From assembly GCA_964575845.1 (NCBI GenBank), contig CAZNSX010000004.1, positions 1 to 64,000 on the forward strand: a DNA stretch of 64,000 bases. The letters run 5' to 3'. The position numbers were made by a program, and so were the translations under genes. This DNA comes from an uncultured bacterium (GTDB lineage Bacteria > UBA8248 > CAZNSX01). How positions within the stretch are numbered: the first letter of the stretch is position 1; every line of letters starts with the position of its first letter. The notes beneath the pieces were generated by a model. That model saw only the letters and a list, made by a program, of their open reading frames with translations, was not told the DNA's origin and searched no databases. Positions 44,477 to 54,156 of this stretch are shown here, piece after piece.

Positions 44477-44926
44477 ATGGCAGACAAAAATCCGCTGGAC
44501 CTTTTGAGAGAAGAGCATGAGAAGGTTCTGAAAATACTGGATGCGATAGAGAAGAGTCTCGAGGGCAAAGACCTGAAGTCTTCGGAAGAAAATATCACTC
44601 TCCTGAAAAGCGAATTCGAAAAGCACTCCCTGAACAAGGAAGAAAAGGTGCTGTTTCCAGAGATCGAAAAATTTATCCCCAGAGAGGGCGGTCCGACCGG
44701 AATGATGGTCATAGAGCATGAGGATTTGGTCCAGTCAATAAAGGGTTTTATGGAAGCCCTCAAGTCAGGCGATTTTGACGGACTGAATCGCCTCGGGCAG
44801 CACATCATCTCCCTCCTCAGGGAGCATATAGACAAGGAGAACAACATCCTGTTCATGATGGCCGATATGCACCTTGATGAAGGGCAGAAAAAGGACATCC
44901 TGAAGAGATTCGACGAGATCGGATAG
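44477..44926 (+). CDS. Hemerythrin HHE cation-binding domain protein
   Basis: 'LLREEHEKVLKILDAIE' and 'MMVIEHEDL', 'LLREHIDKENNILFMMAD' are the paired H/E di-iron ligand motifs of hemerythrin-like proteins. Confidence 0.8.
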   Translation: MADKNPLDLLREEHEKVLKILDAIEKSLEGKDLKSSEENITLLKSEFEKHSLNKEEKVLFPEIEKFIPREGGPTGMMVIEHEDLVQSIKGFMEALKSGDFDGLNRLGQHIISLLREHIDKENNILFMMADMHLDEGQKKDILKRFDEIG

Positions 44927-44965
44927 CGCCCCGTATTAGCTCTCCAGAAGGGGAGCTCTGGGACC

Positions 44966-45313
44966 ATGATAAGGACGAAGAGGGTCTACGACAAGCGCGA
45001 GAAAGGCGACGGTTTCAGGATACTCGTGGACAGGCTCTGGCCGAGAGGATTATCCAAAGAGCAAGCGCGGGTCGACCTCTGGCTGCGGGAGATTGCTCCG
45101 AGCGAGGGCCTCAGAAAATGGTTTTCCCACGAGCCGAAAAAATGGGAAGAGTTCCGCCGGAGGTACAAGGGGGAGCTGAGGCATAAGCCGGACCTAATCC
45201 AGGAGGTCAGACAAAGGGAGAAGGATGAAGGGACCGTTACTCTTCTCTTTTCGACCAAGGATGAGCAGCATAACAACGCGATCGTGCTGAAAGACGCCCT
45301 GAAAGAAACGTGA
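44966..45313 (+). CDS. DUF488 (YeaO-like) family protein
   Basis: Near-collinear match to the E. coli YeaO pattern 'KRVYD..E..DG.R.LVDRLWPRG..K......W..EIAPS..LRK.F.H' and the C-terminal 'TLL.S.K...N.A.VL.D'. Confidence 0.8.
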   Translation: MIRTKRVYDKREKGDGFRILVDRLWPRGLSKEQARVDLWLREIAPSEGLRKWFSHEPKKWEEFRRRYKGELRHKPDLIQEVRQREKDEGTVTLLFSTKDEQHNNAIVLKDALKET

Positions 45314-45454
45314 GCGTGCCAGTGGGGCTCTTTCGGGTTTCAGTTCGCACGAAAGAACTCGGATATGGGGAGGAAGAAATAGCCGGACTGGATGTAATCA
45401 GCGAGTTCAGGGAAGACCGCATGAAAAAGGCGGCCTGATCGAAAGGGTGAACCT

Positions 45455-45841
45455 ATGGCGAAGGTCGAAGGAGTATGCAGGGAGGTTTTGGAAAAGACAG
45501 AGTGGGTCGCCATTGTCACCAGAGGCGATGACGGCCCCCACCTTGTGGCCACGTGGGGAGACTACGTGAGAACTCTCGGCATAAGGGATGGTGAAATACT
45601 CATCGCTCCCGCCGGGGAGTACCACAAGACGGAGGAGAACCTAAGAAACGATAGCCGCGTAGAGCTGCTGATGGCCTCAAAGCAAGTCCGGGGAGGCAAA
45701 AGCATCGGGCGGGGCTGTTGGTCCTCCGGCACGGCGGAGGTCCAGACATCAGGAGAATTCGTTGAGATGGCGAAGGCGAAATTCCCCTGGGCAAGAGGGG
45801 CATTGGTCATAAAGGTTGAAGAAACCAGGGTTCAGCTCTGA
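45455..45841 (+). CDS. Pyridoxamine 5'-phosphate oxidase-like FMN-binding split-barrel protein
   Basis: 'WVAIVTRGDDGPHLVATWGDYV ... ILIAPAGEYHKTEENLRNDSRVELLM' is typical of the PNPOx-like split-barrel family. Confidence 0.55.
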   Translation: MAKVEGVCREVLEKTEWVAIVTRGDDGPHLVATWGDYVRTLGIRDGEILIAPAGEYHKTEENLRNDSRVELLMASKQVRGGKSIGRGCWSSGTAEVQTSGEFVEMAKAKFPWARGALVIKVEETRVQL

Positions 45842-46170
45842 GGGGTTTTCTGAAAAAAATAGCCGGTATTGGGCTCTGGAGTACCTCGCTCGTTGCGTGA
45901 ACCAGATTCTTGGGGCCGGGGTCAGATTTAATCCGCAGGCTTCGCCACCCTTACTTCCCCATCAAAAAGCCCCCCTGGTTTTTGGACCCCCGAGGCCCTG
46001 CCGGAGGGCGGGGGTCCAAAAAATCTCTCTTTTTTGTGAAATCTTGACCTGGATCAGAGAATCCCTCCCTATGAGACCTTATATTAATTTTACCAGCGCA
46101 GAGAGGAAGAATTTGTCTTTCCGGTTAGGTGTCTGCCCATAGCCCCGAAAAAAACAGGAGGTGTTAGAAG

Positions 46171-46641
46171 ATGGAAGGATTCGGAGGTTGCCCAGGTTCA
46201 AGGATGCAGGTGATCGAAGAGACCGACGCCGAAGTCGTGGAAGAGGGTGCCAAAAGGCAATCGCACTTGAGGCAGTGGCCCATCCAGCTGCATCTGGTGT
46301 CCCCCCATGCCCCCTATTATGAGGGAGCGGATGTGATCCTTGCGGCGGATTGCGTGCCCTTTGCGCTTGCGGACTTTCACAAGGATTACCTGAAGGGGAA
46401 AAGCCTGGCCATCGCGTGCCCCAAGCTCGATGAAGGCCAGGACGTCTATGTGGAGAAAATCAAGTCCTTGTATGAGGACGCGAAGATAAACACCCTCACG
46501 GTGATGATCATGCAGGTTCCATGCTGCATGGGGCTTCTCGGTCTTGCCCAGCAGGCCGCAGCGCAATCCAAGAGAAAAGTGCCCATCAAGTCTCTTGTTG
46601 TGGGGATCAGGGGGGAGATCCTTTCAGAGGAGTGGGCATAA
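46171..46641 (+). CDS. Hypothetical Cys-containing protein (possible redox/metal-binding)
   Basis: Good RBS (AACAGGAGGTG). Cys residues in GGCPG, AADCVPF, IACPKL and VPCCMG contexts. No confident family assignment. Confidence 0.35.
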   Translation: MEGFGGCPGSRMQVIEETDAEVVEEGAKRQSHLRQWPIQLHLVSPHAPYYEGADVILAADCVPFALADFHKDYLKGKSLAIACPKLDEGQDVYVEKIKSLYEDAKINTLTVMIMQVPCCMGLLGLAQQAAAQSKRKVPIKSLVVGIRGEILSEEWA

Positions 46642-46658
46642 CATAACGGGGACGCGCC

Positions 46659-46892
46659 ATGTCTGATGAAGTGCACACCATGGACTTGAGGCCGATGCCG
46701 GTGTTCAAAAGGCACGACAAGATCTTTGAGGTATGGGAGAGCCTGAAATCCGGCCAGGTTCTGAGAATCATAAACGACCACGACCCTAAACCCCTGCACT
46801 ATCAGTATGAGGCGGAGCAGAAGGGAAAGTACGAATGGGAAAATGAGAAGAGCGGCCCGAGGGATTGGATAGTGAGGATCAAGAAACTTTGA
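46659..46892 (+). CDS. DUF2249 domain protein
   Basis: 'LDLRPMPVFKRHDKIFEVWESLKSGQVLRIINDHDPKPLHYQYEAEQKGKYEWENEKSGPRDWIVRIKK' matches the DUF2249 consensus (RHP.IF..FD.L.PGE.L.L.NDHDP.PL.YQ...E..G.F.WEY.E.GP..W.V.I.K). Confidence 0.75.
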   Translation: MSDEVHTMDLRPMPVFKRHDKIFEVWESLKSGQVLRIINDHDPKPLHYQYEAEQKGKYEWENEKSGPRDWIVRIKKL

Positions 46893-47100
46893 GGCAACCC
46901 TGCGGTGGTTCAACTCGGGTGCAGGGAGGGCGACTTCGAAGGACCCAGCATTAGCCTTTGAACCGGCGTCGTTGTCTCGGATGAAAGCTGAGGGGGGGTG
47001 AAACTGGGGCGCTCGGGAACACGGCCCAAACTCGGGCCGCGAGCCTCAAGAAACTTAAGTTCCGGGAGGTGTCAAGAGATTACTTCCCAACCCTCCCGTT

Positions 47101-47130
47101 GAGGCCTCTTCCCGGAGGAGGCCCTTTTGG
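47101..47130 (+). terminator. Rho-independent terminator candidate
   Basis: GGCCTC-TTCCCGGAG-GAGGCC stem-loop followed by CTTTTGG. Confidence 0.5.
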
Positions 47131-47195
47131 CGCCCAGAAGCCACGCGCGAGCCAGTCCCGGGAGAGGGTGCCCTCCCGGGGCGAGCTATAAAGAA

Positions 47196-47228
47196 GGTCC
47201 CGGCCGTAAAGGCCGAGGACCCTTTTTT
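47196..47228 (+). terminator. Rho-independent terminator
   Basis: Perfect 10-bp stem GGTCCCGGCC / GGCCGAGGACC around loop GTAAA, followed by CTTTTTT. Confidence 0.7.
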
Positions 47229-47320
47229 CATGCTCCCCAAAATCCCTACCAGTCGGCAAAACCTCCAGATGGACGGCTGAGGCTTCGAGCCGGAAAAAGC
47301 CGAGGAGGGGGTTTTTCCCC

Positions 47321-47348
47321 TTGACAAACCTGAATTCTATCTTAATTT
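47321..47348 (+). promoter_or_regulatory. Candidate sigma70-type promoter for the Gfo/Idh/MocA-tctCBA genes
   Basis: TTGACA (47321-47326), 16-nt spacer, TAATTT. Lies ~170 bp upstream of the ATG at 47514 and downstream of two terminators. Confidence 0.45.
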
Positions 47349-47513
47349 AATCGTATCCTACAGCACACAGCTCCCATCGAAGTCTATGAAAATGGCCCCC
47401 ACCCTTTGGCTGCAGGCCGAGGCTCTCGCGTGGGTCGAAAATGTTGACATCCGCCACTGATTCAGCAAATCGACATCCGTGCCAGCAGCAAGATAATTCA
47501 CGGGGAGAAACAC

Positions 47514-48632
47514 ATGAGTGCGCAGGAAGAAAAAGGTAAACCCATCGGCTTGGCAGTTGTGGGTTGCGGCACTATCGGGCGCATAAGGGCGGCGTTTGCC
47601 CGCGAGTACCCCGGTGTGCAGTGGCTCGGCCTGTGCGATATCAAAGAGAAGGTCGGCAAGAAGCTCGCCGGGGACGTGAATGCCGACTTCTTCACGACGG
47701 ACCACCGCGCACTGCTCAGGCGACCCGAGGTGAACGCCTCCATCATCGCCACCGATGAGAACGAGCACGTCGCACCGATTCTCGCTTCCGTAGAACATGG
47801 CCACAAGATGCTCATCGAAAAACCCCTCGCCACAGACCCCAAAGACTCAGCGAGAGTGCTCAAGGCCATCCGGGAGGCGGATATCGACGCTGTTGTGGGC
47901 TACACCAATCGCTTCCGCCGCCGCTTCCTGGTGGCCAAGGAGAAGATCCGCACCGGCCAGCTCGGTGAGGTCACCTCAGTGACGACGCGCGCCTTCATGA
48001 ACCGCCTCGTCCCTATCGCCACGGTGGAAAGGACCGAGAAACGCTCAATCCTCACCCCGATGGTCGTCTCCGGGACCCACAGCCTCGACATCAGTCTCTG
48101 GCTCATGGAGGGCAAGAAGCCGGCCGAGGTCTACGCCCGCTCGGTCGACAAGACCCTGGGCGCGTCTTATGGGACGAAAGACGCCACCTTCGGCGTCTTC
48201 ACCTTCGAGGACGGGACCATCTGGAGCATGTCGATAAGCTGGGCGCTGCCGGTCGTCTGGCCCGGCTCGGTCTACAGCCTGGAGATCGGCATCGTCGGCA
48301 CGGAGGGTGTGCTCACCATAGACGATACCCACCGCGACCTGGTGCTGGCGTCGGAGAAGCCCCAGCCTGCGGGCTACACCCCGGATGTGAAGCGAAACGT
48401 CGACTTCCTGACGAGTTACCCGCCGGGCGACATCGCGTTCGGCCAGCTCTGGGGGCCGATGCGCGAGGAGACAAACGCCTGGTTAGCACGCATCTACACG
48501 GGGCTCGAAACCCCGCACGCCACCGCGGAAGACGGACACCGGAACCTCCTTCTCACCATGGCGATGGACCTCTCAGCGAAGCGGGGCAAGGCGGTGCACC
48601 TTCCGATTGAGCCGGAGGAATTCGAAAAATAA
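47514..48632 (+). CDS. Gfo/Idh/MocA family NAD(P)-dependent oxidoreductase
   Basis: N-terminal Rossmann 'IGLAVVGCGTIGRIRA', the 'MLIEKPLA' motif, and the C-terminal alpha/beta domain typical of the family. Confidence 0.85.
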   Translation: MSAQEEKGKPIGLAVVGCGTIGRIRAAFAREYPGVQWLGLCDIKEKVGKKLAGDVNADFFTTDHRALLRRPEVNASIIATDENEHVAPILASVEHGHKMLIEKPLATDPKDSARVLKAIREADIDAVVGYTNRFRRRFLVAKEKIRTGQLGEVTSVTTRAFMNRLVPIATVERTEKRSILTPMVVSGTHSLDISLWLMEGKKPAEVYARSVDKTLGASYGTKDATFGVFTFEDGTIWSMSISWALPVVWPGSVYSLEIGIVGTEGVLTIDDTHRDLVLASEKPQPAGYTPDVKRNVDFLTSYPPGDIAFGQLWGPMREETNAWLARIYTGLETPHATAEDGHRNLLLTMAMDLSAKRGKAVHLPIEPEEFEK

Positions 48633-48819
48633 GAGCCCCGTAGCTATAGAGTGGTCTGAAGAAAGCTTGTGAAAGGGGGGGCGCAGCCGCTTCATATTCA
48701 CCCAAAGGAGAGCCTATCTTCATCCCAGGGAGGAAGCTGTGCCGCATTCCCGGCGATGAAGGAAAGATCTTCGAACCCGGCGACTTGTTCCACATTCAGT
48801 CCTTGGGGAGGGAGCTGCG

Positions 48820-49959
48820 ATGCGAAGCGATAGGAGAAAAGAAAGGTTCGATTCTCTGCTGGAAGGTTCTGGGATAACGCGCAGGCGTTTCATCCAGGGC
48901 CTGGGCGCCGCAGGGGCCGTGGCGATGAGCCCGCTCCTGTTGCCCCGTGATGCCGAGGCGGCCTGGCCCGACCGGCCCATTACGGCCGTCGTCATGTATG
49001 CCGCCGGAGGCGGCACCGACACCGTGATCCGCGCTATTACGGGTGCGATGGCCAAGGCGACGGGTTGGGATATCAACGCCATCAACAAGCCGGGCGCGGT
49101 GGGCGGCGTTGCGACGGGGTTCGTCCTCAAGAAGCCGGCCAACGGCTACTGGTGGCTCGGAGCGGCGAACTACAACAAGTTCGTCCGCGTGATGGGGCAT
49201 TCGGACTCTGTGGCCTGGCGCGACTGGCAGTATTTCCAGGCGGCGAACTCGCTCGCGAGCTGGTCGGTGAAGGCGGATTCGCCTTTCAAGTCGCTCCAAG
49301 ACGTCATCGCCGCCGCAAAGAAGAACCCGGGCAAGCTCACCATCTCCACCTCGGGGGTCGGCGGGCTGTGGCATGAGATCGCCGCAATCGTGGCCCACGC
49401 CGCCGGCATCGAGCTGAAATTCGTCCCCTACAAGGGCGGAAGACCCGCCACGCTTGCCGGCCTGCGGGGCGAGGTGGACATCGCGGGCGGCGGCGTCCAC
49501 GAGCATATCGACTTCATCCGCGCGGGCAAGCTGCGCAACCTCCTGGTGACCTCAAGGCAGGACCTCGATATCCCTGGATACGGGAAGCTGACCTCAGTCG
49601 GCAAGCTCATTCCTGGCATAAAGCCGATCCTCCCGGTGGGCGGGAACTACAACATCGCCCTGAGGCGCGAGGCCTCGCTGGATATCCTCAACGAGGTCAA
49701 GAAGGCTTTCATCGCGGCCGCCGAGTCGGAGTCATTCAAGGCCATCTGCGAGCGCAAGTTCTTCGAGGTCGATGTCCGTTGGGGCGAGGCGGCGGACCGC
49801 CGTGCCGCCCAGCTCGAGTCCCTCACCGCAGCGACCTTCGTGAGGGTGCAGAAGTACATCGGGAAGAAGGTGCTGGGCCCCAAGGAGCTCGGCCTTCCAG
49901 AGCCCGCGGAATTTGAGGCTTGGTGGCCACCCAAGGGCTATGAGCCGCGGATGACGTAG
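48820..49959 (+). CDS. tctC: Tripartite tricarboxylate transporter substrate-binding protein (TctC/Bug family), Tat signal
   Basis: Twin-arginine signal 'TRRRFIQGLGAAGAVA' and a Bug-family periplasmic binding fold ('PITAVVMYAAGGGTDTVIR', 'NKPGAVGGV'). Confidence 0.85.
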   Translation: MRSDRRKERFDSLLEGSGITRRRFIQGLGAAGAVAMSPLLLPRDAEAAWPDRPITAVVMYAAGGGTDTVIRAITGAMAKATGWDINAINKPGAVGGVATGFVLKKPANGYWWLGAANYNKFVRVMGHSDSVAWRDWQYFQAANSLASWSVKADSPFKSLQDVIAAAKKNPGKLTISTSGVGGLWHEIAAIVAHAAGIELKFVPYKGGRPATLAGLRGEVDIAGGGVHEHIDFIRAGKLRNLLVTSRQDLDIPGYGKLTSVGKLIPGIKPILPVGGNYNIALRREASLDILNEVKKAFIAAAESESFKAICERKFFEVDVRWGEAADRRAAQLESLTAATFVRVQKYIGKKVLGPKELGLPEPAEFEAWWPPKGYEPRMT

Positions 49960-50102
49960 GGACCGCATAACCGATCAATCGCCCGCCGGGCGGGGCCTCC
50001 TGGTTAGGGTGCTCCGTTCGGTGGGCCCGTCTGGGCGACCGATCGCAATCTTCACTTCCTCCGGGTGCGCCCGAGGGCCGCTCCTGGAGGGGCGGAAATC
50101 CC

Positions 50103-50726
50103 ATGACGACCGACCCCAGAGAACCGCCGCAGGGCTCCCCCCCGGAAGGCCATGCCGGTCTCTCCAGGGCCCCCTCCGAGGAGGAGACCGTTGCCAGGTC
50201 CACCCCCCGCAAGGACCTCATCTCCGCCATCGCCATCGCGGCGCTCTCCCTTTTCGTGATGGCCCTTTCGCTCAGGATGCCAAACCCCGGCAGCCTCCAC
50301 TCCGCCCCAGGGCTCCTGCCTTTCCTGACGGGGCTGAGTCTGCTCGCGATGGCCTTCGGCCTCGGCCTCCCGGCCGTGCGCAATAGGGGCGCTCGGGGCC
50401 TGGTGGGCGACTTCGGGAGCGGGTTTCGAGCCTTCTTTACGAACGAGGAGAACCTGCGGCTCTTCCTGCTTCTGGGGGTTATCTTCGCTTACGTGCTTCT
50501 TGTCGATATCGTGACCTTCGACCTCAGGATCCCACTCACCCTGGGGGGTTTGGAATACAGGTTCAGCAGCTTCGAGTTCATAACGATCCTCGTGCTCACT
50601 TTGATATTGCGCGTGTTCTGGCGGGCGCCCGTGCTGAGATGTCTTCTCGTCTCCCTGCCCACGACCATTTTTCTTGCGGCCATCTTCCGCTACGGCTTCA
50701 AGGTGCTCCTGCCCGGCTCCGGCTGA
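50103..50726 (+). CDS. tctB: Tripartite tricarboxylate transporter small membrane protein TctB-like
   Basis: Small 4-TM protein between tctC and tctA; assignment mainly from context and topology. Confidence 0.55.
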   Translation: MTTDPREPPQGSPPEGHAGLSRAPSEEETVARSTPRKDLISAIAIAALSLFVMALSLRMPNPGSLHSAPGLLPFLTGLSLLAMAFGLGLPAVRNRGARGLVGDFGSGFRAFFTNEENLRLFLLLGVIFAYVLLVDIVTFDLRIPLTLGGLEYRFSSFEFITILVLTLILRVFWRAPVLRCLLVSLPTTIFLAAIFRYGFKVLLPGSG

Positions 50727-50736
50727 AGGATAATCC

Positions 50737-52218
50737 GTGCTCTGGGACCAAATCCTCCTCGTTCTCACCCCCTACTTTCTCGTGGTCTGCCTCTCCGGGA
50801 CGACGCTCGGAATCCTCTGGGGAGCCATGCCGGGGCTTTCGACCACCATGGCCATGGTGCTCCTCATCGGCCTCTCCGCCGGCATGTCTCAGAATGTCGC
50901 CATAATGTTCATGCTCGGCGTTTACACGGGGAGTGTATTCGGCGGGGCGATCTCGGCCGTCCTCATCAACATCCCGGGCACGCCCGCCGCCGTGCCCACC
51001 ATGATCGAGGGCCACCCTCTTGCCCTGAAGGGTGAGGGCGGGCTCGCGCTCGGTACCGCCATTGTCGCTTCCTTCATGGGGAACTGGGTGGGCATCCTGC
51101 TGCTGGTCGCCTTCATTCCCGTCATTCTCTGGGTGGCGCTGCAGTTCTGGTCCTGGGAGATGTTCTTGCTTGCGCTCTGGGGAATCGCCATCTGCGGCAC
51201 GATGACCTCGGGAGAGTCGCCCGTCAAGGGGTGGATATCCGGCTGGCTCGGGCTGCTCATCTCCTTCATCGGCCTCGACAGCATACACGGGGTCCCGCGC
51301 TTCACCTTCGGCATCGAGCTCCTGGAGGACGGCGTGAGCTACATCCCGGTTCTCATCGGACTCTTCGGCCTGGCCGAGATCCTCAAGGTCCTCCCCCAGA
51401 AGAGCCCTTACGCGATACCGAGCGAGGTCGGCCGGGTGGTCCCGCCCTTCTCGATGCTCTGGAAGTATGCGCGCTCCTCCATCCGCTCCGGCCTGCTGGG
51501 CACTCTCATCGGCGCCATCCCCGGCGCCGGGGCGAACGTGGCCTCGTTTGTCGCCTGGGATGTGGGCAAGCGCCGCGCCTCCGCCGAGGAGCGAGCGAAG
51601 TGGGGAAAAGGAAGCTACGAGGGGATCGTTTGCGCCGAGGTGGCGAACAACGCCAATATCGGCGGCTCGCTCCTGCCGACGCTCACCCTCGGAATCCCCG
51701 GAAACGCGCCCGCCGCCGCCATCATGGCCGCGCTGGAGCTCAAGAATGTAGTGCTCGGCCCGATGATCCAGGTCGAGCACCCCGGCCTCATCTACTTCAT
51801 CTATGCAGGGCTGATCGTGGCCAACTTCCTCATGTACGGTATGGCCATCGCGCTGGTGAAACCTTCGCTCAAGCTCTTCAGCCTCCCTCGCGAGCTGCTC
51901 ATGCCGCTGATCATCCCGCTCTGTGTGCTGGGCTCCTTTGCCGTAAACCTGAACATCTTTGACGTCTATATTATGTTCGCCACCGGCATCGTGGGCTATC
52001 TGCTCTACCGCTTCGGCTTCCCGCTGGCGCCGATGGTGCTGGCGGTCATCCTGGGCCCCATGGCGGATGAGAACCTCCGCCGGGCGCTCATTACCTTCGA
52101 GGGCAAATCGCTCTGGTTCGTCCTTTCACGTCCCATCGGGACGCTCCTCATACTGGTCGTGTTATACACCTTCTACGACGGGATCTTCCGGAGGACCAGA
52201 GCGCAAAAGAAGAAATAA
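50737..52218 (+). CDS. tctA: Tripartite tricarboxylate transporter permease TctA
   Basis: ~490-aa polytopic protein with the duplicated TctA motifs ('GAMPGLSTTMAMVLL', 'GAIPGAGANVASFVAWD') . Confidence 0.9.
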   Translation: MLWDQILLVLTPYFLVVCLSGTTLGILWGAMPGLSTTMAMVLLIGLSAGMSQNVAIMFMLGVYTGSVFGGAISAVLINIPGTPAAVPTMIEGHPLALKGEGGLALGTAIVASFMGNWVGILLLVAFIPVILWVALQFWSWEMFLLALWGIAICGTMTSGESPVKGWISGWLGLLISFIGLDSIHGVPRFTFGIELLEDGVSYIPVLIGLFGLAEILKVLPQKSPYAIPSEVGRVVPPFSMLWKYARSSIRSGLLGTLIGAIPGAGANVASFVAWDVGKRRASAEERAKWGKGSYEGIVCAEVANNANIGGSLLPTLTLGIPGNAPAAAIMAALELKNVVLGPMIQVEHPGLIYFIYAGLIVANFLMYGMAIALVKPSLKLFSLPRELLMPLIIPLCVLGSFAVNLNIFDVYIMFATGIVGYLLYRFGFPLAPMVLAVILGPMADENLRRALITFEGKSLWFVLSRPIGTLLILVVLYTFYDGIFRRTRAQKKK

Positions 52219-52524
52219 ACCGCTGGCGTCGCCTGAGCTGCACGCGGCCTAAGTGCTCCGCCGATTTTCGGCCCGGCGGCCGGAGACGGAAAAGGGGAAA
52301 TGAAAGGGGTTGCAGAGACGGCTTTGAGCGCATATGATTTCAAATAACGCATTTCTGCTGATAGTAATAATAACCTTCTTATGTTAATAATGGTCGCTTC
52401 GGTGGGGTAGCATGTGGAACCGCCCGGTCGTCCGCCCGCGGATATTTCTCCGGGAGAAGGCGGCGGGGCGGCGCAAATGTTTGGCCTCCCAGAGAGTGGG
52501 GCCGTGACGAGAGGAGGAGCTCTT

Positions 52525-54060
52525 ATGCGCGCGCGAGTCTTGCTGGTCACAGTGGCCGTTTGGGTGGTCGTTGCCGCACTGGCGCTCTGGGGTCCCAGCC
52601 CGGCAGGGGCGGCACGGGACAGGATCATCGTGGCACAGGGCGGAGATGTCACGACCCTTGACCCGCACATGCACGCGGAAAACTACGCCTTCGTGATCCT
52701 CCAGCACATCTACGAAAAGCTCTTCACGCGTACCATCAAGGATGGGAAGCTCTTCCTTGAGCCGGTGCTCGCCGAATCCTACAAACTCCTTAATCCCACA
52801 ACCTGGGAGTTCAAGCTGCGGCGTGGCGTTACCTTCCATCACGGGGAGCCATTCACCGCGGCGGCGGTCAAGTACAGCATCGAGCGAATGCTGAACCCCG
52901 AGCAAAAGGCCCGCTATAGGGGTCTGGTGGTGGTGGTTGACCGTGTCGAGGTCGTGGATGACTATACGGTGCGGATCTACACAAAGGAGCCGTTCCCCAT
53001 ACTGCGGCTGAACCTGGCCTACGCCGTCTCCATCGTGCCGCCCAAGTACTTCCAGGAGAAGGGCGACAAGTACGTTGCCCAGCATCCCTCCGGCACAGGC
53101 CCCTATCGCTTCGTCCGCTGGGTGAAGGATGACGAGCTGGTGCTCAAGGCTTACCCCGGCTACTGGCGGCCCGGAATCCCGCGGGTCCCCAATCTCATCT
53201 TCAAGCCCATCCCGGAGGAGGCGAGCCGTGTGGCGACCCTGCTGGCTGGCGATGTGGACGTCATCCGGGATGTCTCGCCGACCTCGGTCCCCCGGCTGCG
53301 CGAGAGCGAGACGGTTGAGCCGCGCATCGTCCCGACCGGGATGGTGGTCCACTTCGCCTTAGACACCCTGAGCCCTGGGCCGCTCAAAGATGCCCGGGTG
53401 CGCCGGGCGCTCAACCTTGCGGTTAACAAGCAGCTGATCATTAAGCAGGTCCTGGGCGGCTTCGCGACCCAGGTGCCGGGGCCCATCACTCAGTTCCACT
53501 TCGGCTTCGACCCCTCGGTGCCGGCCTTTGACTACAATCCCGACGAAGCCCGGCGCCTGCTGGCGGAGGCCGGCTATCCTCAAGGCTTCAGCATGACAAT
53601 CAACGCGCCCACCGGCCGTTACCTGAATGACAAGGAAGTTGCCCAGGCTGTTGCTTATATGCTGGGCCAGGTCGGCGTCAAGGTCAACCTCGTGACCCAC
53701 GAGTGGGCGGGCTACATGGGCAAGATCTACCGCAAAGAGCTGGGCACCTATATGATGGGGTGGGGCGGCTCTCTCGACGCCGACGGCACGATGTACAATC
53801 TCCTCTACTCCACGCAGGTCTTCGCCCGGATCAAGAATGAGCGCCTCGACCAGTTGCTGATGCAGGGCAAGGCGGTGATGGACCCGAAGGAGCGGGAGAA
53901 GACCTATGCCGAGGCGCAGCGGATCGTGCACGAGCAGGCGCCTTGGATCTTCCTCTATGCCCAGAATGACATCTTTGCGGCCAAGCGCGACCTCGTCTGG
54001 CAGCCTCAGGGGGCGCACCCCACCCTCTCGCTGCGGTTCTGGGAGGCATACTGGAAGTAA
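52525..54060 (+). CDS. ABC transporter substrate-binding protein, family 5 (peptide/nickel, DppA/OppA-like)
   Basis: Signal peptide, then 'IIVAQGGDVTTLDPH' and the SBP_bac_5 architecture (~510 aa). Confidence 0.85.
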   Translation: MRARVLLVTVAVWVVVAALALWGPSPAGAARDRIIVAQGGDVTTLDPHMHAENYAFVILQHIYEKLFTRTIKDGKLFLEPVLAESYKLLNPTTWEFKLRRGVTFHHGEPFTAAAVKYSIERMLNPEQKARYRGLVVVVDRVEVVDDYTVRIYTKEPFPILRLNLAYAVSIVPPKYFQEKGDKYVAQHPSGTGPYRFVRWVKDDELVLKAYPGYWRPGIPRVPNLIFKPIPEEASRVATLLAGDVDVIRDVSPTSVPRLRESETVEPRIVPTGMVVHFALDTLSPGPLKDARVRRALNLAVNKQLIIKQVLGGFATQVPGPITQFHFGFDPSVPAFDYNPDEARRLLAEAGYPQGFSMTINAPTGRYLNDKEVAQAVAYMLGQVGVKVNLVTHEWAGYMGKIYRKELGTYMMGWGGSLDADGTMYNLLYSTQVFARIKNERLDQLLMQGKAVMDPKEREKTYAEAQRIVHEQAPWIFLYAQNDIFAAKRDLVWQPQGAHPTLSLRFWEAYWK

Positions 54061-54156
54061 GAAAACTAGAGCGGGTGAGTGGTCGATAATAATCGACGCC
54101 GAGGGAGAGAGGCGCGGGGCTGAGCTCGGCGCCTCTCTCCCCGCAAGGGAGGCTCG

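Noticed and set aside
48796-49506. 236-aa minus-strand ORF within tctC
   Set aside because: Antisense to the Bug-family binding protein, which has a clear Tat signal and conserved fold.
50052-51780. Long minus-strand ORFs (238 and 360 aa) and a plus-strand 243-aa ORF overlapping tctB/tctA
   Set aside because: Antisense or alternate frame to the TctA permease with its conserved motifs. Arg/Gly/Pro-rich translations with no domain signal; a high-GC artefact.
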